Below are positions 35,210 through 44,672 of a stretch of DNA of 64,000 nucleotides, in pieces. How positions within the stretch are numbered: position 1 is the stretch's first letter; each line of letters opens with the position of its first letter. Under the pieces are notes generated by a model that did no database searches, had not been told where the DNA came from, and saw only the letters and a list, made by a program, of their open reading frames with translations. The translations under genes and the position numbers were made by a program. This stretch comes from Candidatus Poribacteria bacterium (GTDB taxonomy: Bacteria; Poribacteria; WGA-4E; JAJDTR01): positions 948,713 through 1,012,712 of the forward strand of contig OZ240209.1 in NCBI GenBank assembly GCA_965197465.1. The letters run 5' to 3'.

Positions 35210-38200
35210 GTGTTAGAGAAAGAGATGGCAAAGAGAAAAAGGGGGAAACCAGGCTTAAAGGCAGACCGCACGCGTCAAGCACATAATTCGCTAAGGGGAT
35301 ACCTCTATCAAATTTGGCATAGTGTCAATGCGTGGCTGGAGCTTGCAGAAGATGAGATTCTCTATTTGGAAGGTGCGGAGGACTTTGACAAAGTATCAGA
35401 TAACAACGCTGCGGTGACGCAAGTCAAAGCCACACAAGCCCCGATCACGCTTAGATCTCGGGACGTGAATGACGCTATTAACCACTATTGGGAACTGCGG
35501 ACGAACAATTCCGACCGGAGTGTAAATTTCCGTTTTCTCACATGCGCCAAGATAGGTGTAGAACAAGGAAATCCATTTGGAACAGGTAACCCGGGGCTTC
35601 AGGTCTGGAGCCGTTGTTCGGGAAATGAAGAAAGTATCAAAAAAATCTCCGACTTTTTGCAAACTGAAGGAAAGATATCCGAAGAAGTAAAAGATTTCCT
35701 CAAACAAGCTGAACCGCGAGAAATCTACGAACAACTCATTGAACCTGTTACTTGGGAAACGGATAGCAAACCCGCCAGGTTTGTTGTGCAATCCATACGT
35801 ACGACTCTTGTTCACCATGGTGACCGATACAGTATTCCACCTGCTGATGCTGAAAAGGTTGTTGATAATCTTCTCAAAGAAGTTTTGACAATAGCAACGG
35901 AGGAGGAAAATCGTACACTAACCCGAGAACACTTTTTGAGAATATTTGCCGAAAATACAAGAATAAGCCTTCCAATTCAGAATAGTTCAGCGCATCAACC
36001 GATACAGCTAAAGATCGTTCTTGATCATATTAAAGAAACACTCATTGCAGAGCCAGCCGATTTTAGTTTTGCATTTCAATCTCCAGTACAAAAGACGATT
36101 CCACCACTCTATCGTGATGTTACTCTAAGAGAAAACTTACTTACAAGCATCCAAGCCAAACTTCAATCAGAGGGCATAGTTGCCATTCATGGAGGAGCAG
36201 GGAGAGGAAAGACAACACTTGCAAAATTGACAGCTAATGCTATGGGGGGCTGCTGGTTTTGGCTGAGTTTCACAGATAGAGATTCATCTCAGATTGGCAA
36301 ACTTTTACAGCAACTTGCAGTTGAAGTCAGTAATCAATCTGAACAAATCAACATCGTTTTGGATGACTTAGACATACAACCTCAACAATTGCGCGAGTAT
36401 GAAGAAATGTTGGGGGTTCTGGTTTATAGGGTACTGGAACGTGGCGCAAAACTGCTGATTACAAGCCAGCATAAGCCACCTAATAGCCTTATCCGCCAAC
36501 TTGATGTCTCACCATCCATCGTCGTCCCTGTTCCAGACTTTACCTTATCCGAAATTGAGCAATTTGCCGAACGATTGGGATGCCCCGCAGATGACGCCAA
36601 GACTTGCGCACCATTGATTCAATTGCATACCAGCGGACACCCGAGGCTTGTGCACGCTCGACTCGCTCAATTACGTGAGGAAGACTGGAAGCCGCCAGAT
36701 ACAATTGAGGGTATCTTGCACACGCCCCTAGAGGTGGTTGAAGAACGTGAAACTGTGCGACAATTGCTCACAGAATTGCCGGATAATCATCAGGAATTTC
36801 TCTATAGACTGAGTTTGATGACTACTGAATTTAGAAAAGATTGCGCGGTCAACATCGGCGAGATACCGGAATCTGTACCTTATGCAGGGGATATTTTTGG
36901 TCAATTGGTTGGTCCTTGGATAGACCGTGTTAATGAATCCTACTACACAATCTCACCTTTACTGACCAATGCAGCCAAGCAAGTTTGGTCAGAGAGTAAG
37001 ATAAACGACCTTCACGCTCGGATTGCAGATGCAATTCTCAAAACAGGAAATCTGACCATATTAGAAGCACGGGCTGTGCTATTTCAAAGTATGCTTGGAC
37101 AAAACGAAATAGGCTTTATTGCTGTGATTTACGCATTGATAACCGCTCCGGAGGACAGTTGGGAAGAACTCAGCCGAGAATTCTCTTGGTTGATACTCGC
37201 TCAACCTGACATTCCCGAAAAGTTCTTTCCTGGGAACGATTCTGTAAATCATCTATTTCGCTCATTGCAATATCGTATTGCGGTCGAGGTAGAACCGGAA
37301 AGAGCGCCGAAGATACTTGAAATTTGGGATAAAGAAACCAAGCCGCACGAACCACATCAGTTGTATCTGTTGAATCGCCTAATGCTGGCAACGCAGGCAT
37401 TAATTTATTATCAAGTATCACTCCCGGCCAAGCAGATGGTAGGATATCTTAAAGAAGTTGCTGATATCACATGCAACAATAAAGACATTCAAGAAATATA
37501 CGATGATTCCATGGGACAATTGGAAGAACACGAAACTGACACAGCCAACTATTTCAGTTTTCTATTTAGTTTTGTTGTGGCACGTCGTCCTATTTACCCT
37601 CCATTCCTCAGTGACCTTATTGACGCCCTTGACGAGCTTCCAGCAAAAATTCGCACACTGTTATTGGCTGATTTCGAGGATGACAGTGTTGACTCTCGGC
37701 TTTTGATCGATGGTGTCTGGTGGTCAGAAGTAAACCGTGAGAATCCGGATTGGCAAAGATGTCTCCAGGTATTTGACAAAGTCATTGAAAAAGCTCTCGC
37801 CTGGGGTTATCCCCATCTGGCTGCGGCATCTGCAAGGAGTAAAGCCATTATTCACTATGAAAACCTGCATAATCCTGATGCCGCCCATAAAGTTCTCCAA
37901 GATTTTGTATCAAAAGTGGGGACATTACCAGTAATCGAGCGAGAACAAGCCAATGTATATTTGAGCCAAAAGCGTTACAAAGAAGCGCTCAGCATCTACG
38001 AGCGTATTCTCCCCGAGTGGAATCTATCTTCAGAAAAATTAGGCATTGGGCCTCTAGAAGAATATCGTCGAGCCGCTATTTGCGCCGCACATTTGAACGA
38101 TTGGGAGAAGGCGGCTACCTTTTTTGAAGCTGGAGCAAAAATAGTTCAAGTGATTGAGCACACTGAAATTAATATTGGTTTGTATGCAGATGCGGGATTC

Positions 38201-39502
38201 GCACATTTTAAGGCAGGCAATATGCTGGAGAGCACAAAGTTGTTAAATTTGGCATTGCAAGAATTTGAAAAGATGCCACAAGACAATACGGATATCAAGT
38301 ATTTTTCATTAAAACAACGTTTAGCGCACACCATAAGATGGATGGCAGAACAGAGCTGTGAAAATAATCCTTCAGAACTTGAAGAACCTCCAGTTGGTAT
38401 GTGCAGCAATCCGGAGCCAAATGAAAAAAATTCGACCCTTCCTGACTTCCCAATGGGATACGTTTGGTTCTACCTAGCGCAAATCGAGTTCAGATTTGGG
38501 TATGGAACAACAGTGTTGGAGCATGCCATGCGGATCTTAGACCGAGATGCATATCCTGCATTTAGTTCTCTTCTTGCTCCCCTTAAAATACAATATGATT
38601 TTAGAAACAAAACCTTTAATGAGTTGCCGGAACGTATACAGCAATTGGCGAATGCGTGTGACTCAATGCAGAATCATAAACTAAGCGGGACAGGGATTGA
38701 AGAACATAGAGTCAATTCTATACCTATTGCCAATCTACCCAACTTCGGTTCTGTTCCGAACATCATATCTATTTTGGGATCATCCCTTCTTGTCCGACTA
38801 CGAACAAGCAATAATGTGCAGGACATGCTGGTTATATGGCGATCAAAGTCTTCAGAATTACCCATAAAAGAAAACCTCATCGTTGCTCTTGATTTAATTG
38901 AATCAATGTTATCCAAAGATCTGAGTAACGCTTTGACAATTATGCACTCACAAAATTCCAGGCACGAAAACCGGCTTGCCGCAACATTAAAAATTGTTCA
39001 CAGTATTCAGACCAGTCCAGATAATCTCTTTTATGCCCACGTACTCATAACGACTGCACTCATTGGTAACTTATGGGAAGATTTTGTCGTGCTTGATTTA
39101 GCAGAGCTTCTTTCCGCGCAGTGGCTTGCAAAAATAAAATTCCCGGCGATGTTGAAAACACCTATGATTACGGTGCCCTTAATAGAACAAGCCTGTAAGG
39201 GCAGCGACACCGGAAAGAAAAAAATTGGCAAGATTCTTCTCGCCGCGCATCAAGCTATTTCACTCAGAGTGCCATCTACGACTTTACAACAGTTTCGCAG
39301 TTGGACAGAAGCTATACCAGAGCAAAAGCAGGAGCCGAAAATCGGACAGAATCCGATAGCACAACAGATCATCAAAGTGATGGAGAATCCACCGCATTTA
39401 ACCGATGAAGACGTTGAAGCAATGCGGCAGTCGATTGAGGAAGGGAAAATGCCTGTAAATTTCGATTCAATCTTTGATCAGGACGAATCTGAAGACCAAT
39501 GA
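35210..39502 (+). CDS. Large STAND-type P-loop NTPase with an N-terminal PD-(D/E)xK (DUF4297/Cap4-like) nuclease domain and C-terminal TPR-like helical repeats (Avs-like architecture)
   Basis: 1430-aa ORF with a GTG start in the track; ATG at 35225 (MAKRKRGKPG...) is the more likely start. The N-terminal LRGYLYQIWHSVNAWLEL..LYLEGAEDFD..VTQVKAT fits the GxxYQ / E-x2-ED / QxK layout. Walker A is IVAIHGGAGRGKTTLAKL (36191..36217) and Walker B is NIVLDDLD (36350..36373). TPR-like helices include YLSQKRYKEALSIYERIL, YRRAAICAAHLNDWEKAATFFEAG and GFAHFKAGNMLESTKLLNLAL. Confidence 0.65.
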   Translation: MLEKEMAKRKRGKPGLKADRTRQAHNSLRGYLYQIWHSVNAWLELAEDEILYLEGAEDFDKVSDNNAAVTQVKATQAPITLRSRDVNDAINHYWELRTNNSDRSVNFRFLTCAKIGVEQGNPFGTGNPGLQVWSRCSGNEESIKKISDFLQTEGKISEEVKDFLKQAEPREIYEQLIEPVTWETDSKPARFVVQSIRTTLVHHGDRYSIPPADAEKVVDNLLKEVLTIATEEENRTLTREHFLRIFAENTRISLPIQNSSAHQPIQLKIVLDHIKETLIAEPADFSFAFQSPVQKTIPPLYRDVTLRENLLTSIQAKLQSEGIVAIHGGAGRGKTTLAKLTANAMGGCWFWLSFTDRDSSQIGKLLQQLAVEVSNQSEQINIVLDDLDIQPQQLREYEEMLGVLVYRVLERGAKLLITSQHKPPNSLIRQLDVSPSIVVPVPDFTLSEIEQFAERLGCPADDAKTCAPLIQLHTSGHPRLVHARLAQLREEDWKPPDTIEGILHTPLEVVEERETVRQLLTELPDNHQEFLYRLSLMTTEFRKDCAVNIGEIPESVPYAGDIFGQLVGPWIDRVNESYYTISPLLTNAAKQVWSESKINDLHARIADAILKTGNLTILEARAVLFQSMLGQNEIGFIAVIYALITAPEDSWEELSREFSWLILAQPDIPEKFFPGNDSVNHLFRSLQYRIAVEVEPERAPKILEIWDKETKPHEPHQLYLLNRLMLATQALIYYQVSLPAKQMVGYLKEVADITCNNKDIQEIYDDSMGQLEEHETDTANYFSFLFSFVVARRPIYPPFLSDLIDALDELPAKIRTLLLADFEDDSVDSRLLIDGVWWSEVNRENPDWQRCLQVFDKVIEKALAWGYPHLAAASARSKAIIHYENLHNPDAAHKVLQDFVSKVGTLPVIEREQANVYLSQKRYKEALSIYERILPEWNLSSEKLGIGPLEEYRRAAICAAHLNDWEKAATFFEAGAKIVQVIEHTEINIGLYADAGFAHFKAGNMLESTKLLNLALQEFEKMPQDNTDIKYFSLKQRLAHTIRWMAEQSCENNPSELEEPPVGMCSNPEPNEKNSTLPDFPMGYVWFYLAQIEFRFGYGTTVLEHAMRILDRDAYPAFSSLLAPLKIQYDFRNKTFNELPERIQQLANACDSMQNHKLSGTGIEEHRVNSIPIANLPNFGSVPNIISILGSSLLVRLRTSNNVQDMLVIWRSKSSELPIKENLIVALDLIESMLSKDLSNALTIMHSQNSRHENRLAATLKIVHSIQTSPDNLFYAHVLITTALIGNLWEDFVVLDLAELLSAQWLAKIKFPAMLKTPMITVPLIEQACKGSDTGKKKIGKILLAAHQAISLRVPSTTLQQFRSWTEAIPEQKQEPKIGQNPIAQQIIKVMENPPHLTDEDVEAMRQSIEEGKMPVNFDSIFDQDESEDQ

Positions 39503-39915
39503 ATAAGTATCTGCTGGATACATCAACGTGGAGCTCTTTGATGGCAGATACTCCTATAGTTAAAGAGCGTTTGAAATCTCTAGCGGAATCGGACTATCCT
39601 TTCATTTGTCCTATCGTTAAGGGTGAGGTTCTGTTCGGGATTTACCGGCTACCTGAAGGAAAAAGACAACGCACTCTTAAGCAAAAGGCAGACAAGTTAT
39701 TTACTGAAATCCCTTGCGATCCAATCCCCGAAAATGTTGCCGATGGGTATGCAAAGATAAAAGTTGAGGCGCAACAGCGAGGAACGCCGTTAGATGAATG
39801 TGACCTTTGGATTGCAGCAACAGCTCTAGTGCTTGATGCGATTCTGGTTACTTCTGATACCGATTTTCAGAGAATAGCCGGACGGGGCTTGCGTTTGGAA
39901 GATTGGGTGAATTAA
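39499..39915 (+). CDS. vapC: PIN domain ribonuclease, VapC-type toxin
   Basis: 138-aa ORF. All four PIN acidic residues are present (D7 in YLLDTS, E43 in KGEVLFG, D102 in CDLWIAATA, D120 in VTSDTDF). Its ATG overlaps the TGA of the 1430-aa gene (atga at 39499..39502). Confidence 0.85.
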   Translation: MNKYLLDTSTWSSLMADTPIVKERLKSLAESDYPFICPIVKGEVLFGIYRLPEGKRQRTLKQKADKLFTEIPCDPIPENVADGYAKIKVEAQQRGTPLDECDLWIAATALVLDAILVTSDTDFQRIAGRGLRLEDWVN

Positions 39916-40278
39916 CAAGGGGCAGGATTGTCACTCTGGATGTAGAGGCACGGGGATAGGTTGTATGAATGGAAACAAGATATTTGGCATCAGAGCATTC
40001 ATGTTTCCATCATTCTTCTGATATAGTCATTGATTGCACTAAACGCATTGAAAGAAATGATTCCACGATGGAATTAAAAACTACCAGAGCCGGGGGCTGA
40101 AAGCTTTTACGCGATGGTTAGAAGCACTTCAGTCCGCATTCAATATCACTGCGAAACGGGGTTTCGCAGGAACACTAAAATAAACGAACAAAGGGTACAT
40201 GTCCGTTGGTTTTCGACAAGCACTCCGAATCCGATTTTCGGAGATTGCCTCGCCGCTGGCGTTCTTACCGACCTCTCT

Positions 40279-41856
40279 TCACTCAAGCCAAATCTGCCTG
40301 AAATACCGCCACGCCGTCGGATGTAGCTTCAGATTCCTCACCCGCTTGTTAGTAATAACCGCTTTCTTGGAGTGCGCGATTGGAACCCACGGAACATCGT
40401 TGTGAAAGATTGCCTGCGCCTTTTTGTAGAGTTCAATCCGCTTTTCCCGGTCGGTGATTGACCTCGCCTCATCGAGGATCTCCTGCATGGCGTCACTTCG
40501 ATAGAAGGAGATGTTGCCCGCCGGCTTTTCGGCTGCGGATTTGCTCAATAGGTAGTAAAAGAAGTTATCGGGATCGCCCAGGTCCGCAGACCAGCCCAGC
40601 ATGGCGATGTCGTGCTCGCCGTGTTTCGTTTTTTCAAGGTACGTGCCCCAGTCGAAGGTCACAATCTTCGTCTCAATCCTGACACGCCGCAGATCGGATT
40701 GAATCACCTCCGCCAGCGCTCGGCCATTGGGGATATAGGGCCTCGGCACCGGCAGTGCCCACAAGGTTGTCGCAAAGCCGTCCGGATAACCGGCTTCCGC
40801 CAACAATTGCTTTGCCCTCTCCGGATTGTAAGTGTAATCCTCGATCCCGTCATCGTAACCCCACATCGTCGGTGGAATGGGATTCTTTGCGGGTATCCCC
40901 ATCCCTTGATAGAGATGCTCGACAATCGCCGGCTTGTTTATGGCGTGGTTGATTGCCAAACGAACCTTGAGGTTATCCAACGGTTTCTTATCCATATTCA
41001 TTGCGAGGTAACCCACATTCATGCCAGGCCCCTCAACGACAGCGAGGTTTGGGTCCTCGCGAATTTGGGGCAAATCGTCGGGATTGGGGAACTCCATCGC
41101 ATGGATGCTGCCGTTCTGCAATTCAATTAGCCGCACCGAATTGTCGGGGATTGATCGAAAAATGATGCGGTCCAAATTGGGGCGACCACCCCAGTAATCC
41201 GTGTTCACTTCGAGAACAACCTTATCTCCTCGATCCCAACGCACAAATTTGAACGCTCCCGTGCCAACGGGGTGATTGGTGAAATCCTCTCCCCATTTTT
41301 TTACCGCGCTTGGACTGACAATCGCAAACGGTCCCATGGCTAACGTAGCAATAAAGGGAGCATAGGGATGGTTGAGAACAATCTGGACAGTATAGTCGTC
41401 CAAATCGACAATCTTCTCAACGATATCCGCCAACCCGGTGTCTGACCAGTAGATGGGCGTGCCACCGACTTTGTGGAACGGATGGCTCGGATCATGTTGA
41501 CGGTTCAAAGAGAATAGTACCGCATCCGCGTTGAAAGCCGTACCATCGTGAAACTTTACGCCTACCCGCAGGTGGAACGTCCACGTCAGTCCATCAGCCG
41601 AAGATTCCCACGATTCGGCTAAGGCAGGCTCAACCTCTGTGCTTTCATCCTGATATTGTACCAGCGTGTCGTAAACATTTTCGCACACTTTGAAGGATTC
41701 GCCATCCTCTTCATGCGCCGGGTCCAACCCCACAGAATCCCCGCCGCGACCGAAAATCAGTGTGCCTCCGATTATTGGCGTGTTCTCGGTAGCGGCTACC
41801 GGATATGTTACAACTAATAACACCGCAGTAATAAGCGCCTGAAGGCGTTCATACAT
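40279..41856 (-). CDS. ABC transporter substrate-binding protein, family 5 (peptide/nickel, DppA/OppA-like)
   Basis: 525-aa ORF with a signal peptide. GGTLIFGRGGDSVGLDP, LVQYQDESTEVEPALAESWE and LNRQHDPSHPFH are typical of SBP_bac_5. Confidence 0.85.
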   Translation of the reverse strand: MYERLQALITAVLLVVTYPVAATENTPIIGGTLIFGRGGDSVGLDPAHEEDGESFKVCENVYDTLVQYQDESTEVEPALAESWESSADGLTWTFHLRVGVKFHDGTAFNADAVLFSLNRQHDPSHPFHKVGGTPIYWSDTGLADIVEKIVDLDDYTVQIVLNHPYAPFIATLAMGPFAIVSPSAVKKWGEDFTNHPVGTGAFKFVRWDRGDKVVLEVNTDYWGGRPNLDRIIFRSIPDNSVRLIELQNGSIHAMEFPNPDDLPQIREDPNLAVVEGPGMNVGYLAMNMDKKPLDNLKVRLAINHAINKPAIVEHLYQGMGIPAKNPIPPTMWGYDDGIEDYTYNPERAKQLLAEAGYPDGFATTLWALPVPRPYIPNGRALAEVIQSDLRRVRIETKIVTFDWGTYLEKTKHGEHDIAMLGWSADLGDPDNFFYYLLSKSAAEKPAGNISFYRSDAMQEILDEARSITDREKRIELYKKAQAIFHNDVPWVPIAHSKKAVITNKRVRNLKLHPTAWRYFRQIWLE

Positions 41857-42173
41857 AGTTTGGCTCCTTTGCAGTTGACAGATCTTATTATGTTGTTAGA
41901 AAATAAGGTCGGCTTCAACCAAAAATAGTACCTTGTCAGAGGTGCGCTGTCAAACAAATCTCATGACACTCTAGCGTCGTTATGTGGACTCCAAGCCCTG
42001 TTTATCAGTTGTCGTCCAGTTGATAGTATTCATCGTGCTAAACTCGACTTTGAACACAATCGACTCTAGGAACATTCTTGCGTGAAGTGTGTGTAGACGT
42101 GTGCAAGAACACAGGAGCCGGACGGTATGCCGAGAACTGTTTCAAGTTACTATAGGAAAGGCTGGATGTAAAT

Positions 42174-43136
42174 ATGCTGATTAAAATCCCCAAAGGATGG
42201 GAGATTCCCGAAAACCAAGTGACGTCAGAGTCGGATTACGTTAGCCGACGCACGTTTGTTAAGAATATGGGCTTGGCGGGGGCTGGCGCGCTGACGCTAA
42301 TGAACGGCTGTGCTTGGGCACAGGGAAAGGGTGTGGAGGAGCAACTCAAAGAGGCGCAAGCGCAGAAAATTGATGCGCCGCACAATGAAAACTTCACCGT
42401 GGATGCTGAGTTAACCGATGAGGTTGTCGCTGGGTCCTACAATAACTTCTACGAATTTACGACCACCAAAGATCGCGTATGGAAGTTGGTCGACAAGTTT
42501 CAGACACGCCCGTGGGAAATCGAAATTGGCGGGTTGGTAGAAAATCCGATGACGGTTGACCTCAGCGACCTCGTCAAGAAAATGCCCCTCGAAGAACGGG
42601 TCTACCGCTTTCGGTGCGTCGAAGCGTGGGCGATGGTGGTGCCGTGGATCGGCTTTCCTATGAAGGAACTGGTCAATCTGGTGCAGCCCAAATCATCTGC
42701 GAAATATGTGAAAATGCTCACATTCCTCCGTCCAAACGAAGCGCCCCAGCAGAAGCAAGGGCGGTTGCCGTGGCCCTATTTTGAGGGACTGACCATTGAG
42801 GAGGCAATGAACGAACTCACCTTGCTTGCTACAGGCATTTACGGTCATGTTCTCCCGAAACAACACGGTGCTCCGATCCGCCTGATTATCCCGTGGAAGT
42901 ACGGTTTCAAGAGCATCAAGTCGATTGTCAGCATTGAATTCACCAATCGTAAACCACGCACTTTCTGGAACACCTTGGCGCCACGAGAATACGATTTTTG
43001 GGCAAATGTGAATCCGACCGTTCCTCATCCTCGCTGGTCGCAGGCAATGGAACGTATGATTGGCACCGGCGAGCGTCGATCGACAGACATGTTTAACGGC
43101 TATCAAAGTTACGTTACGCATCTCTACAAGACGTAA
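42174..43136 (+). CDS. msrP: Protein-methionine-sulfoxide reductase catalytic subunit MsrP (YedY-type molybdoenzyme)
   Basis: 320-aa ORF with a Tat-like leader SRRTFVKNMGLAGAGAL. YNNFYEF, YRFRCVEAWAMVVPWIGFP, IPWKYGFKSIKSIV and NPTVPHPRWSQA are hallmark MsrP segments. Confidence 0.85.
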   Translation: MLIKIPKGWEIPENQVTSESDYVSRRTFVKNMGLAGAGALTLMNGCAWAQGKGVEEQLKEAQAQKIDAPHNENFTVDAELTDEVVAGSYNNFYEFTTTKDRVWKLVDKFQTRPWEIEIGGLVENPMTVDLSDLVKKMPLEERVYRFRCVEAWAMVVPWIGFPMKELVNLVQPKSSAKYVKMLTFLRPNEAPQQKQGRLPWPYFEGLTIEEAMNELTLLATGIYGHVLPKQHGAPIRLIIPWKYGFKSIKSIVSIEFTNRKPRTFWNTLAPREYDFWANVNPTVPHPRWSQAMERMIGTGERRSTDMFNGYQSYVTHLYKT

Positions 43137-43144
43137 TCGGGTGA

Positions 43145-44635
43145 TTATCCCTTGATCACACCAATAGGACGCAGCCGAGCGACCCGCCGTGAAAGCCCGG
43201 CTGCATCGACCACTTTGACAACTTCATCAACATCTTTGTAGGCTTCTGGGACCTCTTCATGCAGGGTTCGACGGCCCTCGGCACGCACAAAAATGCCTCG
43301 TTTCTCCAGCTCCCGATCAATCGCCCGTCCCTTTGTTGCTTCAATTGCTTTTCGACGAGATAGCATTCTCCCCGCGCCGTGGCACGTTGTACCCCACGTT
43401 TGTTCCATCGCTGCCGGGCTTCCCACGAGCACATAGGAAGCAGTCCCCATATCGCCGGGAATCAGAACAGGCTGGCCAATCTTCTGGTACTTCTCGGGAA
43501 TTTCAGGGTGTCCCGCCGGGAAGGCGCGTGTTGCTCCCTTTCGATGTACAAACAGTTCCCGTTCAACCCCGCCAATCTTGTGTTTTTCAAACTTGCCGAT
43601 GTTGTGCGCCACATCGTACACCAATTCCAATCCTAGCTCATTTTGGCTGGTATCGAAAAAATCCATGAACACCTGTCGTACCCAGTGGGTAATGCACTGC
43701 CGATTATTCCAAGCATAGTTGGCTCCGCACGCCATCGCGGCAAGGTAATCTTGCCCTTCCGGCGAGTTAATTGGCGCAGCCGCCAGTTGACGGTCGGGGA
43801 GGTCAATGCCGTACTTTTGCGCCACCTTAACCCACGTTTTGACGTGCTCATCGCATACCTGATAGCCGAAGCCTCGCGACCCGGTATGAATCATCACACA
43901 AACCTGCCCTTCCGTCAGGCCCATGGCATCCGCCGCCTCTCGATAAAGGATGCGGTCTACCACTTGCACTTCCAGAAAATGATTCCCCGAACCGAGTGTA
44001 CCAAGTTGATTTTTCCCGCGCTCAAGGGCGCGTTTGCTGGCGGCACTGGCGTCTGCCGATGAGAGATACCCGTTTGCTTCCGTGAAACCAAGATCTTCAG
44101 GTATGCCGTACTCCCGTTCGATCGCCCAACGAGAGCCCTTCTCAAGCATCTCTTGCTCTTCTTGAATTGAGAGGCGAATCTTGCCACTAGAACCGACACC
44201 GCAGGGGATTCTCTCAAATAGCTTGTCGACGAGGTTTCGAGACCTGCCTTTCAACCGGGACGCCTGTATATTTGTCCGAATCAGGCGCACCCCACAATTG
44301 AGGTCATACCCGATGCCCCCGGGCGACACAACGCCATCTGCGCGCGGGTCGGTAGCAGCAACCCCGCCGATTACAAAGCCGTAGCCCCAATGCAAATCCG
44401 GCATGGCAAGCGAGTGCTTGACGATTCCGGGGAGATGCGCTACGTTTGCGACCTGTTGAAGCGCCTCGTCGCTCTTGGCTTGTCGGAGGAGTTTTTCGTT
44501 TGCGTACACAATTCCATCGACGCGCATTCCTTTCTGATAACTTTTTGGGATGCGCCAGCGGTAGTCGTCAATTTTGTTTAATGGTATCTGTTTTTCCACG
44601 ATCCTTTTTCGCTTTCTTCTTACCCATGGCTCCAC
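43145..44635 (-). CDS. rtcB: RNA-splicing ligase RtcB
   Basis: 496-aa ORF. Motifs are MPDLHWGYGFVIGG, GGIGYDLNCGVR, GSGNHFLEVQ, HTGSRGFG and HGAGR. Confidence 0.9.
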   Translation of the reverse strand: MEPWVRRKRKRIVEKQIPLNKIDDYRWRIPKSYQKGMRVDGIVYANEKLLRQAKSDEALQQVANVAHLPGIVKHSLAMPDLHWGYGFVIGGVAATDPRADGVVSPGGIGYDLNCGVRLIRTNIQASRLKGRSRNLVDKLFERIPCGVGSSGKIRLSIQEEQEMLEKGSRWAIEREYGIPEDLGFTEANGYLSSADASAASKRALERGKNQLGTLGSGNHFLEVQVVDRILYREAADAMGLTEGQVCVMIHTGSRGFGYQVCDEHVKTWVKVAQKYGIDLPDRQLAAAPINSPEGQDYLAAMACGANYAWNNRQCITHWVRQVFMDFFDTSQNELGLELVYDVAHNIGKFEKHKIGGVERELFVHRKGATRAFPAGHPEIPEKYQKIGQPVLIPGDMGTASYVLVGSPAAMEQTWGTTCHGAGRMLSRRKAIEATKGRAIDRELEKRGIFVRAEGRRTLHEEVPEAYKDVDEVVKVVDAAGLSRRVARLRPIGVIKG

Positions 44636-44672
44636 TTCTCTAGATATACTTTAGATCCTAATTGAAAAATGG

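Noticed and set aside
34932-35282. A 116-aa minus-strand ORF between the methyltransferase and the STAND gene
   Set aside because: It has no recognisable domain, lies in an AT-rich non-coding or promoter region, and overlaps the 5' end of the 1430-aa gene. It is probably spurious.
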